Positions 1 through 10,070 of a stretch of 58,779 nucleotides of DNA are shown here, one piece after another (position 1 is the first letter of the stretch; the number at the start of each line of letters is the position of its first letter). The notes beneath the pieces were generated by a model that was not told the origin of the DNA, did no database searches, and saw only the letters and a program-made list of their open reading frames with translations. Location: positions 1 through 58,779 of the forward strand of contig JAVXGI010000005.1 in NCBI GenBank assembly GCA_036657515.1. Reading direction: 5' to 3'. The translations under genes and the position numbers were made by a program. This DNA comes from Bacilli bacterium (GTDB taxonomy: Bacteria > Bacillota_I > Bacilli_A > RFN20 > CAG-826).

Positions 1-8
1 TTAAGTTT

Positions 9-872
9 TTATTTTTTAAGTAAATACAAAATTCCAATTGTTCTTGGTCCACAATGGGAAGAAACGGTTGATCCAGCAGTTGTAAAGTGAAGATTTCCGG
101 CAGGAACATATTGAGTAATTTCTTTTTCAATAAACTTTGGTCCCATAAAATCTGTTGGACCAGAATCAGTGATAAAGACACAATCAAGATCAATGTTTGG
201 TAAATCTTTTTTAAACTCATTAACCATTTCAAGCATTGCTTTTTCATAGTTTCCACGAGGTTTTTTATAAACGATTAATTTGTTTCCAGTTACTTTAATA
301 ACAGGGTGAATGTGGAGGTGCTTTCCAACAAGGAAAGTTAAACCTTTACATCTTCCACCTTTATAAAGATATTCCATACCATCAACAGAGAATTTTACGG
401 AAAGAAGTGGTACTAGATTTTCAATAGTTTTCTTTATATCTAATAATTTCATTCCTTCATCAATTAATTTACGAGCTTTTAGAACTAGTAAAGCAATACC
501 AGTTGAAAGAGATTGACTATCAACAATTGCAATACGAGATTCATCTAATTCTTTTGAAGCAAGAACAGCGTTTTGTAAAGAACTAGAAATACCAGATCCT
601 ACTCCAATATAAATAACATCATTTCCTTTATCTAATTCATCTTTAAAAATATTTAAATATGTATCAGGAGGAATAGCACCTGTCATTGGTAAGGCACCAG
701 TTTCCTTTACATGAGCATAAATATCATCTGGAGTAATATCTACTCCATCAAGAAATAATACTGGGTTATCTTTAAAAGTAACTGAAAGAGGTACTGTTCT
801 AATATTATATGTCTTGTACATTTCTTGTGTAAGGTCACAAAGAGTATCGCTTATTAATGTAATTTTGTTCAT
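9..872 (-). CDS. DegV/FakB family fatty-acid-binding protein
   Basis: N-terminal SDTLCDL, SGISSS, VDSQSLS, YLYKGGR and C-terminal SHCGP motifs typical of DegV; SD AGGAG upstream. Confidence 0.93.
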   Translation of the reverse strand: MNKITLISDTLCDLTQEMYKTYNIRTVPLSVTFKDNPVLFLDGVDITPDDIYAHVKETGALPMTGAIPPDTYLNIFKDELDKGNDVIYIGVGSGISSSLQNAVLASKELDESRIAIVDSQSLSTGIALLVLKARKLIDEGMKLLDIKKTIENLVPLLSVKFSVDGMEYLYKGGRCKGLTFLVGKHLHIHPVIKVTGNKLIVYKKPRGNYEKAMLEMVNEFKKDLPNIDLDCVFITDSGPTDFMGPKFIEKEITQYVPAGNLHFTTAGSTVSSHCGPRTIGILYLLKK

Positions 873-899
873 GGTTTCTCCTATTTATTAATAAATAAA

Positions 900-2042
900 T
901 TATTTTTTACTTTCTTTTGAATCTTTTGTTACTAATACCCAAGTTGGATGTTGTTCCTTTACACGAGCAAGTGTAGCTTTATAAAGTTTCTTTTCAATTT
1001 CTTTTCTTCCTTCTTCTGCACGGTTATGTGCAGCATCAGCGCGAGAAGTAGCATATTGAACTTCAGATTCGCTTTCATCAAGCATTGAAGAAATTAAAAT
1101 ATAAGCTCTTACAGATTCCATTGATAAATCATTAGATACATCACGTCTTTCATCACTTGTAACTTCATCGTTATAATATTTGCGAGCATCATCAACTCTA
1201 TTTTGATAAAGAATAATATATAATTTTTGAGCAATTAATCTTGTTTTAATTGTTTTTGATAATTTATCTTTTTGTTTAAGTGTGATATTAACAATTTTAA
1301 GAGCATCATCGAATTCTTCTTTAGCAAGGTGATTATAAATTGTTAATAAGTTAATTTCTGCTGTAAAGTTGGTAATATTTTCAAAAACTTTTGTTTCTTT
1401 AGGATCGGTTCCAGTTACTTCACAACTTTTTAATCTTAATAATTCATTAAATGCAGCAACGTCTTCTTTGTGAGAGACAAGACGTAATTGATAACCATCA
1501 GTTTTAGAATCTAATTCAAATGGTAAAATATTATAAATTAATATTAATCCAACTACAGTTGCACAAATCATTGCAAGAGGTCTAAGTAATGATTTATTAG
1601 GGAATAAGATTGCTCCAATAAAACATACAATAAATAAAGATGCTACTACTAAGTTTGGAATAATTAAGAATGATTTAGGTGAAGATTTTTCAGCATCTTT
1701 TGCATTAATAATTGTTTCACCCGTTAATCCATCATAACCTTTAAATCTAAAAGCCCATTTGCCATTTTTCTTATAAAAGTTAAAATATAATACGTTTACA
1801 CTAACAATTTCGTATCCACTAAGTTTTGCACTTACAACGTGAATTAACTCATATATGATAGATAAAACAACAATTACACCAAATATTGTAAGTACTGCAT
1901 ATAAAATAACAATATTTCCTACACCGCTTTCACTAACATTAAAAGAATCAAATGCTGGTTTAATTACATATAAACCAACCATAATAACTGCTAGTATTAA
2001 GCCAAAATAGACAATCCAACTAACCACTTCTGATTTTTTCAT
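900..2042 (-). CDS. Membrane protein, M50 peptidase-like (degenerate HExxH) with helical/TPR-like C-terminal domain
   Basis: About 4 TM segments; YELIH in place of HExxH; NILP...DG motif; soluble helical C-terminus; SD AGGAG. Confidence 0.6.
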   Translation of the reverse strand: MKKSEVVSWIVYFGLILAVIMVGLYVIKPAFDSFNVSESGVGNIVILYAVLTIFGVIVVLSIIYELIHVVSAKLSGYEIVSVNVLYFNFYKKNGKWAFRFKGYDGLTGETIINAKDAEKSSPKSFLIIPNLVVASLFIVCFIGAILFPNKSLLRPLAMICATVVGLILIYNILPFELDSKTDGYQLRLVSHKEDVAAFNELLRLKSCEVTGTDPKETKVFENITNFTAEINLLTIYNHLAKEEFDDALKIVNITLKQKDKLSKTIKTRLIAQKLYIILYQNRVDDARKYYNDEVTSDERRDVSNDLSMESVRAYILISSMLDESESEVQYATSRADAAHNRAEEGRKEIEKKLYKATLARVKEQHPTWVLVTKDSKESKK

Positions 2043-2054
2043 AATTTGTTTCTC

Positions 2055-3227
2055 CTATTTACATCTTTCGTAAATTACTTTTGCTACATCGACATCAAGT
2101 GGCTTGCACCTATGGTCAACAGCACGTGTACCATTAGCAACAAATTGATTAAGTAATTCTTTTATATTTACGTTTTCAATTCCTAAGTCTTTAAATGTAG
2201 AAGGCATCTCTAACTTTTTAAAGTAATCCTTAATACTATCTATAAATAATCTTGCTCCTTCAGCATTTGATGCAAATTTACAATCAAATAATTCACGAGC
2301 TAATCTAGCCATCTTTTGTTTTTCTACCATCATATATTCTTCTGCCCAAGCTGGGAAAATAACAGCAAGTCCAGCGCCATGTGCAACTTCTGGATAAATT
2401 CCAGAAAGAACATGTTCTAAATAATGGCATGGCATCTTATATTTTTTGCCAATAGAAGTAATGCCGTTATGTGAATATGAAGAAGTTAGCATTAAATTTG
2501 CTCTTGCATCATAATCCATAGGTTTATTATATACGATTATCCCGGATTTTATAACTGTTTTTAATAGTCCAATAGCAAATTCATCTGCTAACTCATTTTT
2601 GGTTGAGGTTGAAAAATATCTTTCTAATGTGTGCATTAAGATATCAACTGTTCCTACTGCTGTTTGGTACTTTGAAACGGTATAAGTTAATTCAGGATTT
2701 TCAATTACTAATACAGGTCTAACAAGATCAGTATTAAAACCTTTTTTCATTTTACGTTTATCATCTTGAATTACACATGAACTAGATAATTCACTGCCGG
2801 CTCCTGCAACCGTTAAAATTACAGCTACTGGAATAGCACGTTGTGGTTGAGCTTTATGATCGTTATAATCAAAGACATTTCCTTTATAAAATGCATTAAC
2901 GGAAATAGCTTTAGCAACATCGATTACGCTTCCTCCACCAACTGCTAAAATAGTATCAATGTAGTATTCTTTTACGGCTTTTCTTCCTTTTTCAACAAAG
3001 GAAACATCAGGATTTATACGAACTCCTCCGAGTTCAATATATTTAATTCCACTTGCTTTAAGAGAGGCTGTTACTTTTGCAAGTAACCCACTTTTTATAA
3101 CAGAAGATTGTCCATAAACTATCAAAACCACTGCAGAACCTAACTCTTTTAATCTTGCACCGATTTCTTGTTCTTTGTCGCGCCCAAATAAAACACGAGT
3201 TGGAGAATAAAATTCAAAGTTTAACAT
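2055..3227 (-). CDS. Iron-containing alcohol dehydrogenase (butanol dehydrogenase/YqhD-like)
   Basis: GGGSVID, AGAGSE, DILMH, CHYLEH and VAHGAGL motifs. Confidence 0.93.
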   Translation of the reverse strand: MLNFEFYSPTRVLFGRDKEQEIGARLKELGSAVVLIVYGQSSVIKSGLLAKVTASLKASGIKYIELGGVRINPDVSFVEKGRKAVKEYYIDTILAVGGGSVIDVAKAISVNAFYKGNVFDYNDHKAQPQRAIPVAVILTVAGAGSELSSSCVIQDDKRKMKKGFNTDLVRPVLVIENPELTYTVSKYQTAVGTVDILMHTLERYFSTSTKNELADEFAIGLLKTVIKSGIIVYNKPMDYDARANLMLTSSYSHNGITSIGKKYKMPCHYLEHVLSGIYPEVAHGAGLAVIFPAWAEEYMMVEKQKMARLARELFDCKFASNAEGARLFIDSIKDYFKKLEMPSTFKDLGIENVNIKELLNQFVANGTRAVDHRCKPLDVDVAKVIYERCK

Positions 3228-3782
3228 TTAGATATTTCTCCTATTAGTGTGATATAAATTTATTAAATCCGTAAGTAAAACTGGATCCAAATATACATTA
3301 ATTTTATTGCGAATTAATGATGTTTGTAAGTCGCTTTCTTTAGTAACGATATCGGTTAATAAATATATAATTCCTCTTGATAAAAATTCTGTAATTTCAC
3401 GAATGTTATCGTTTGATAATAAGTCGGCACTTTTATTTTCTTGAATACGATAGGCTGTATAAGGAATAATTAATTTTTTCAAAAAAGATTCAAACAATTC
3501 ATGAAGAGAAGAATTTATAAATTCTGTAAATAAATTAATATTTTCTTTAATAGCTTCAAGTACTTCACTTATATAGTAAATATTAATTTCTTTGTCTTTA
3601 AAATCATCGTAATAATCACCTAAAATAGAATCAACTAAATCATATATGTCACGATAATAATAATAAAACGTTTGGCGTTTTATATTAAGTACACCGCAAA
3701 GAGATTGAACATTAACTGCGTCAATCCCTTTGGTTGTAATTTCTTTTAAAAAGGTTACTTTTATTAAATCATTCGTTTTCAT
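3228..3782 (-). CDS. TetR/AcrR family regulator (DhaS-like)
   Basis: N-terminal HTH ending IKRQTFYYYYRDIYDL. Confidence 0.85.
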   Translation of the reverse strand: MKTNDLIKVTFLKEITTKGIDAVNVQSLCGVLNIKRQTFYYYYRDIYDLVDSILGDYYDDFKDKEINIYYISEVLEAIKENINLFTEFINSSLHELFESFLKKLIIPYTAYRIQENKSADLLSNDNIREITEFLSRGIIYLLTDIVTKESDLQTSLIRNKINVYLDPVLLTDLINLYHTNRRNI

Positions 3783-6420
3783 GACTTTCTGTTTTCTCCC
3801 TAAATTTTTCTAACATATCAAATAAACGCATATTTTCAAACTTCTTATCATTCCATAAATAGAACGCCGTTCCAATAAGGAATATTACTAAGACCCATAA
3901 GACATTTAATAACTTAAGATCAGTAATTTCAAATAAGAACCATAAATATCCGAAAGTAACAACTTCTCCAGATGCTAAAGGAATTTTAATCATATAACAT
4001 CCAGTTACTAAAGCAACTGATAAAATTGAAATAGTTATAAATACACCTAAACGATATTTTGAAAATGGCGTACAAATTTTATAAAGAGAAACAAAACCGA
4101 AGAGAGCCATTATTATGGCGCACATCGCAATAAATCCGCTCCTTCCTCCGTCACTTACAAGTTCGCCCGCTGAATTAAGAATAAGTTTATCACCTAATAT
4201 AAAGTGATCTGGCGATGCTTCGTTAATTGATAATAAGATAAATAATGTCACAATCATAAAGAAAATAGATGTCGCAATCGGAACCGCTTTTTTAATTGCA
4301 TTTGAGAAGAATTTTCCTTTAATTTGAGCACTATTAGGTTCAAGAGATAAGAAGAAACCACCAACTCCAATACAAGAAATTTCCCAAACATAGTAGTGGT
4401 TAGGATTTAATGGATAGGTCATATTAGCATCACGAGTAGCAAACGTCATAATAATAAAGAGTATCGTAAGAGCCATTGTAAAAAGTGTCTTTGATAAGAA
4501 TAATGCCGAACTACGTTGTAAGTTATTAATAACTCTTCTACCTTCAGCAACAACTGTTGGTAAAACACTAAAATTAGAATCAAGTAAAACAAGGTGTGAT
4601 GCATTTTTTGCTGCATCACTGCCGCTTGCCATTGCAATGGAGCAATCGGCTCTTTTTAAAGCTAATATATCATTAACACCATCTCCTGTCATAGCAACAG
4701 TTTTTCCATAATTATGTTTAAGGGAGATAACTAAAGCTTCTTTTTGTTCAGGAGAAACACGACCAAATATTTTATAATCATTAGCAATTTCCATTACTTC
4801 ATCTATACTTTTTCCATCAAGACTGATATATTTTTCATAATCTTGAATACCAGCTTTTTTTGCAATTTCGGAAACAGTAGCAGGATCATCTCCAGAAATA
4901 ACACGAATATCAACACCGTTAGAAGCAAACCAAGCAAGAGTTTCTGGTGCATCTTCTCTAATATGATCTTCAAGAAGAATAATTCCAACACAAGTCATCT
5001 TTGGAAGTTTTTCTTTAACAATACCTTTTTTTGATTGGCATAATAACAAACATCTATAACCTTTTGAGTTATATTTGCTGATAGTTTTTTCAGTAATAAC
5101 TTTATTATCAATATCAATATACCCATATGCACCAATTGCATATGTTCCTTCTTTATCAAAATCAGCTGCGCTAAATTTGGTATCAGAAGAGAAAGCTAAT
5201 ATATTTTTTGGAGTAAGGGCATTAAATGAACCAAATTTAGAAAATAATGCTTTTGAAGTATAGTTATCATCGTTAGTAGCTTTAATAACTGAAGCTATCA
5301 TTGCTCCAACATTATCACTAGTAAGGGTTTTATCAATTCTAATATAATCTGCAAATACCATTGTTCCATCAGTTATTGTTCCAGTTTTATCAAGACACAA
5401 GGTATCTACTCTAGCTAACATTTCAATACAATATAATTCTTGAACTAAACATCTTTTTTTAGCTAAAGTTAAAACACCAACTGATAAAGCAATTGAAGCA
5501 AGTAAGAACATACCTGCCGGAATCATTGCAACCATTGATCCAACAAATCCACCAATTAATCCATCATTAGTCATTGGAGTACCAGCAAACATTTCCCAGC
5601 TAAATTCTGAAGGATTAATATACCAATATGAAACAATTTGCACAACTCCTAATAAAATAACAATCATGCCTATAATTCCAAATAGATAATTTAAAGCTGC
5701 AAGAATTTCTGACTTAGGTTTTGAAACAATACTAGCTTTTTCTTGTAATTCTTCAGCTTTATTAAGTTTTCCAACTTTATTAATTCTTGCATAACACGAT
5801 CCACTAGAAACATAAGTTCCGCTTAATATAACATCCCCAATATTTTTCTTTACTGCGTCAGGTTCACCTGTCAACATAGCTTCATTAACACTGCATTTTC
5901 CTTCAATAATAATGGAATCAGCTGGTATTTGTTCCCCGTTTTTAATGTAAACGATATCATCAAGGACTAATTCACTTGAAAGTACTTGAGATTTAACTGA
6001 GTCACGAATAACAGTTGATTCCATTTTATTAATAATGGATAATTTATCGACTAACTTTCTAGCTCTAATATCTTGAATTAAACCAATTACAGCATTTATT
6101 GAAATAACGCCGAGGAAAGATAACTGAGTATATTTTCCTGCAATGGCACATAAAACACCAAGTGTATAAAGTAAGACATTAAAAAAAGAAAAAAGATTGT
6201 CAAAAATGATTTTCCAATAAGATTTTGTGACAACTTTTTTCTTTTTGTTGGATAATCCTGCTTCTTTTCTTTTTAACACAACGTCGTTAGTAAGTCCGAC
6301 CATTATTGATGGTGTATATCTTTGTGATTCATCCACCAGTTTTTGTAGTCTTTCTTTATCACGTTGTAATCTTATAGAAGATAAATTTTTAGGAAAGATT
6401 TTTTTAATAAATGCAAACAT
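3769..6420 (-). CDS. P-type ATPase, CtpE-like, with atypical M4 motif PAGM
   Basis: LTGEP, DKTGT, SGD, TGDGVND, LFLSKT and FFLSLEPN motifs; about 10 TM helices. Confidence 0.92.
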   Translation of the reverse strand: MFAFIKKIFPKNLSSIRLQRDKERLQKLVDESQRYTPSIMVGLTNDVVLKRKEAGLSNKKKKVVTKSYWKIIFDNLFSFFNVLLYTLGVLCAIAGKYTQLSFLGVISINAVIGLIQDIRARKLVDKLSIINKMESTVIRDSVKSQVLSSELVLDDIVYIKNGEQIPADSIIIEGKCSVNEAMLTGEPDAVKKNIGDVILSGTYVSSGSCYARINKVGKLNKAEELQEKASIVSKPKSEILAALNYLFGIIGMIVILLGVVQIVSYWYINPSEFSWEMFAGTPMTNDGLIGGFVGSMVAMIPAGMFLLASIALSVGVLTLAKKRCLVQELYCIEMLARVDTLCLDKTGTITDGTMVFADYIRIDKTLTSDNVGAMIASVIKATNDDNYTSKALFSKFGSFNALTPKNILAFSSDTKFSAADFDKEGTYAIGAYGYIDIDNKVITEKTISKYNSKGYRCLLLCQSKKGIVKEKLPKMTCVGIILLEDHIREDAPETLAWFASNGVDIRVISGDDPATVSEIAKKAGIQDYEKYISLDGKSIDEVMEIANDYKIFGRVSPEQKEALVISLKHNYGKTVAMTGDGVNDILALKRADCSIAMASGSDAAKNASHLVLLDSNFSVLPTVVAEGRRVINNLQRSSALFLSKTLFTMALTILFIIMTFATRDANMTYPLNPNHYYVWEISCIGVGGFFLSLEPNSAQIKGKFFSNAIKKAVPIATSIFFMIVTLFILLSINEASPDHFILGDKLILNSAGELVSDGGRSGFIAMCAIIMALFGFVSLYKICTPFSKYRLGVFITISILSVALVTGCYMIKIPLASGEVVTFGYLWFLFEITDLKLLNVLWVLVIFLIGTAFYLWNDKKFENMRLFDMLEKFREKTESHENE

Positions 6421-6423
6421 ATT

Positions 6424-9399
6424 TTACTCCGTTCTCAGCGATACTACTGGATCTTTTCTTGATGCGACAGAAGATGGAATTAGTGAAGCGATAAAGGATA
6501 ATGCAATAGCAAGTACTACAAGTATAAAACCAGCTAATGGATTTAAGAATGCTATATTACCTATATTATAAGAAGGATAAATTATGTTAATAATGTAATT
6601 AAGTGGCGCTGATAAAATATAAGTCATAATAATTCCAATTAATCCCGCAGCAAAACCTTGCATAATATTTTCAGTTCTAAACAATCGTCCAACGTCTCGT
6701 TTTCGTGCTCCAATTGCACGTAATATTCCTATTTCTTTTGTTCGTTCGATAACACTGTTATAGGTAATAATACCTGTCATAACACTAGATACAACTAAAG
6801 ATACAGCAGCAAATGCGACAAGAACAATAGAAATAATATTAACCATTTCTCCAATTGAATTAGTAAAAGTACCAATGTAATCAGAGAATATTATTTGATC
6901 AGCATCTTTTTTGCCAACATTATATGCGTTTAAATATTCAATTAATTGTGCTTTTTTAGTTAATGAACTTGGAAAAAGAATAATACTTAATATATTGCTC
7001 GATTGCGACAAAATATAACCAAGATAAATAACAAAATCTTTTGCAAGGGTTGGTTGTTGAGCAAACAACCTGAAAAGATTTTCAATATCGTTGTTGCCAA
7101 GTAAATCAAAAGCCGTCTTCATTGCGTCAGTCATTTCGTAGGTTCCACCATGATAATTAACTGTGCTAAAGAATCCTGAAGCTGAAGTATAATAGCTATC
7201 ACTATATTCATAGCCGCTACCATTAACAAAATCTTGGAACGGCACTGTAAAATGCACTAATTTATTATAGGCATCCATTATTTCTTCAAGTTTTGGTTGC
7301 TTTAAAACAGACATTGCTGCTGGTATTTTATATTTTGTACCAAACTTTTCATTCATAAAAGCTAAATAATTAGTCTTAGTTAATATTCTTTCAAGCTCAG
7401 ATAAACTATTAAAGTAAAGATTGTCTTTAATAGTATTTACTAATTTAGATTTGTTGTTATGAGTCATTACAAAGTTTTTAAAACATTCATTGTAGCAAAT
7501 GCTTGTTGGCATATAGTCTAATATGGCATCTTTTTTAACACGTAAAATTGATGTAACTTTAAGTTTATAAGCTTTAGCAACCTTTCCATTTGCAACAAAG
7601 GTTTCATTATATAAAGATTTATTAGCAGAATTTGAAACATCATATACCGGAACATATTGTTCAGTTGTCGTAGAAGGAAGAGTAACATCAAATTTTTGAA
7701 TAGCTCCTGTTTCATCCATAAATGATATACTTGAAGTCTTTTCAGGATAAACATGACTCTTAATTGTTCCTTCATCATACACTTCATCATTAATATAGAA
7801 TTTATATTCTTTACCAATAAAATCATTAAAATTTATAGTCTTTAAATCCTTTAATTGATTTTTGTTATATAAACCAAAATCCACTAAAGTTTTTTGACTA
7901 ACTCTATTATAAGAATCTACTACTAAAGAAACTTCAAAAGTATCAGTTTCTCCATCTCCATTTGTATCGACCATTTCTTGACTTGGGAAGACACCAAAAA
8001 CATCATACGACTTACGAATATAGTCTTCTTTTCCATACATTTCATGGAGTATTGTTTTTGGTAGACCTGTTATTGAGGCAATATCACTTATTAAACTACT
8101 ATCAGTTGAGCGATATGGGTTAACATTTATAACCTTTTCACCATCGTTTGAGAATAAACCCATATTAATGTTATTAAAGTTAATAAGTTTTGAGCCAAGT
8201 GAACTTGCGTATTTAGTATTAGCGATATCATTAAGATAATTAATGTAATCAAGACTAAAGTTATTTCTATGAACTTCTGTTACATAACTTTTAGCTTCGT
8301 CTTCCTTATATATATGTATTTGATTATCATCTGGAAATACATCATATTCTACTTTGTTTTCGTTTTTAACATAACTATAAGTCATATTAGAAATTGTTAA
8401 TGGTGAATTTTGAGCAGTGGCTTCTTCTAATCTTGTAATATAAGTTGTAAAACCATTTGATAAAGCTAAAACAAGTCCAACACCAATCACACCAAAACTT
8501 GATGCAACAGATACTAATATACTTCTACCTTTTTTAGCAAATATATTTTTCCATGCAAGATTAACAGAAGTAAAGAATCCCATTGAAGTACGAGGATTTT
8601 TAATCTTTTTATGATCTTTGTTATTTTGAGTATTAATAGTTTCAATTGGTTGTTCTATTTCTTTTATTAAAACTTCTTCTTTTTCTTCTTTATTAATAGG
8701 TTCAATGTTTTCTTTCTTTTTCTTATTATCTTCATAACCTACAATTCTACCATCTAACATTTCAACTATTTTATCACTATATTTATAGGCAAGATCTTTA
8801 TTATGGGTGACCATAATAATAGTTTTATCCTTAGATATTTCTTTTAAAATATCCATAACTATTACACTAGTTTCACTATCAAGTGCACCAGTTGGTTCAT
8901 CAGCTAAAATAATAGAAGGATTATTAACAATAGCTCTAGCTATAGCAACTCTTTGCATTTGTCCACCAGATAATTGATTTGGTCTCTTTTTAATCTCTGC
9001 TTCAAGTCCTACTTTTGTTAAAGCATTAATTGCCATTTCACGACGTTTTTCAATACCAATTCCAGCAAGAGTTAAAGAAATTTCAATGTTCCCTAAAACA
9101 CTTAAATGCGGAATTAGATTATATGTTTGAAAAACGAAGCCAATTTTTCTATTTCTATAAGCATCCCAATCTTTATCAGTAAAATCCTTAGTAGATTTTC
9201 CATCAATCACTAAGTCACCTGAGGTATATCTATCAAGTCCGCCAATAATATTTAAAAGCGTTGTCTTTCCGCAACCAGATGGTCCTAAAATTGAAATAAA
9301 TTTGTGCTCTTCAAAAATAAGATTAACGTCTTTTAAGACTTTAACATCTTCAGTTTTTGTAAGAATATAGTTTTTGTAAATGTTTTTAAGTTCTAACAT
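6424..9399 (-). CDS. Fused ABC ATPase and MacB/FtsX-type permease
   Basis: GPSGCGKT, LSGGQ, ADEPTGALD; C-terminal ERTKEIGILRAIGA; start moved to ATG 9399 (MLELKN). Confidence 0.92.
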   Translation of the reverse strand: MLELKNIYKNYILTKTEDVKVLKDVNLIFEEHKFISILGPSGCGKTTLLNIIGGLDRYTSGDLVIDGKSTKDFTDKDWDAYRNRKIGFVFQTYNLIPHLSVLGNIEISLTLAGIGIEKRREMAINALTKVGLEAEIKKRPNQLSGGQMQRVAIARAIVNNPSIILADEPTGALDSETSVIVMDILKEISKDKTIIMVTHNKDLAYKYSDKIVEMLDGRIVGYEDNKKKKENIEPINKEEKEEVLIKEIEQPIETINTQNNKDHKKIKNPRTSMGFFTSVNLAWKNIFAKKGRSILVSVASSFGVIGVGLVLALSNGFTTYITRLEEATAQNSPLTISNMTYSYVKNENKVEYDVFPDDNQIHIYKEDEAKSYVTEVHRNNFSLDYINYLNDIANTKYASSLGSKLINFNNINMGLFSNDGEKVINVNPYRSTDSSLISDIASITGLPKTILHEMYGKEDYIRKSYDVFGVFPSQEMVDTNGDGETDTFEVSLVVDSYNRVSQKTLVDFGLYNKNQLKDLKTINFNDFIGKEYKFYINDEVYDEGTIKSHVYPEKTSSISFMDETGAIQKFDVTLPSTTTEQYVPVYDVSNSANKSLYNETFVANGKVAKAYKLKVTSILRVKKDAILDYMPTSICYNECFKNFVMTHNNKSKLVNTIKDNLYFNSLSELERILTKTNYLAFMNEKFGTKYKIPAAMSVLKQPKLEEIMDAYNKLVHFTVPFQDFVNGSGYEYSDSYYTSASGFFSTVNYHGGTYEMTDAMKTAFDLLGNNDIENLFRLFAQQPTLAKDFVIYLGYILSQSSNILSIILFPSSLTKKAQLIEYLNAYNVGKKDADQIIFSDYIGTFTNSIGEMVNIISIVLVAFAAVSLVVSSVMTGIITYNSVIERTKEIGILRAIGARKRDVGRLFRTENIMQGFAAGLIGIIMTYILSAPLNYIINIIYPSYNIGNIAFLNPLAGFILVVLAIALSFIASLIPSSVASRKDPVVSLRTE

Positions 9400-9461
9400 A
9401 CAAATATTATTACACATATTTATATTTATTGATTATCTTTTTTTTACAATATAAAAAATAA

Positions 9462-9480
9462 TTTTTGTCAGTGACAAAAA
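9462..9480. promoter_or_regulatory. Palindrome TTTTTGTCA-G-TGACAAAAA, candidate operator for the left operon
   Basis: Perfect 9-bp inverted repeat about 60 bp upstream of the ABC start. Confidence 0.4.
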
Positions 9481-9516
9481 AACGGTTATTGAAGAAATTT
9501 ACTTCTCCAATAACCG
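9476..9516 (-). terminator. Intrinsic terminator after tadA
   Basis: CGGTTATTG...CAATAACCG stem followed by a U tract on the minus strand. Confidence 0.75.
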
Positions 9517-9528
9517 CGCAAAACTCAA

Positions 9529-9984
9529 CTATTTTCTTTTTGTGGCAAAAAAATCATTTAATAATTTTTTTGCCTCGTCTCCTAGTGGACCGAGTTCTAT
9601 TTCAGGCGTAAAGTTTATTTGTTTAGATTCATAAACATTATTTGTTGAAACAAGTGCACCAAATTTATCATCTCGTAATGCAAAAATAACTTTTTTTATT
9701 TTATGGAGATAAATTGCTCCAGCACACATTAAACAAGGTTCGAGAGTAACGTAAATTATTGCGTTATCTAATCGAGAAACTCCTAATTTTTTAAGAGCTT
9801 TTTTAATTACTAACATCTCAGCGTGATCAAAGTTGTTATTGTTAGCATTAGTTTTGTTGTGAGCTTTAGCAATAACTTTATCATCAAGCACTAAAACAGC
9901 TCCGACTGGAACTTCATCTTCTTTTATAGCTTTTTTAGCCTCACTTAATGCAAGGTTCATAAAATATATATCTCTATTTTTCAT
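9529..9984 (-). CDS. tadA: tRNA adenosine(34) deaminase
   Basis: EVPVGA, HAE, EPCLMC motifs; start placed at ATG 9984 because the upstream extension overlaps the SRP RNA. Confidence 0.9.
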   Translation of the reverse strand: MKNRDIYFMNLALSEAKKAIKEDEVPVGAVLVLDDKVIAKAHNKTNANNNNFDHAEMLVIKKALKKLGVSRLDNAIIYVTLEPCLMCAGAIYLHKIKKVIFALRDDKFGALVSTNNVYESKQINFTPEIELGPLGDEAKKLLNDFFATKRK

Positions 9985-9991
9985 AAAATAA

Positions 9992-10070
9992 AACCATCGC
10001 ACATATAGCGTCTCCTTAAGGCTGCTACATTCCTGTCCTGACCTGGTTCGAAGTGTTATATCACGATGGC
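9992..10070 (-). ncRNA. ffs: Signal recognition particle RNA, small (4.5S-type)
   Basis: Minus strand reads GCCATCG...CCAGGTCAGG-ACA-GGAA-TGT-AGCAGC...CGATGGT: helix-8 internal loop, GGAA tetraloop and paired termini; extended -10 TGATATAAT just upstream. Confidence 0.9.

Noticed and set aside
9985-10002. GTG-started extension of TadA
   Set aside because: It lies within the SRP RNA terminal helix
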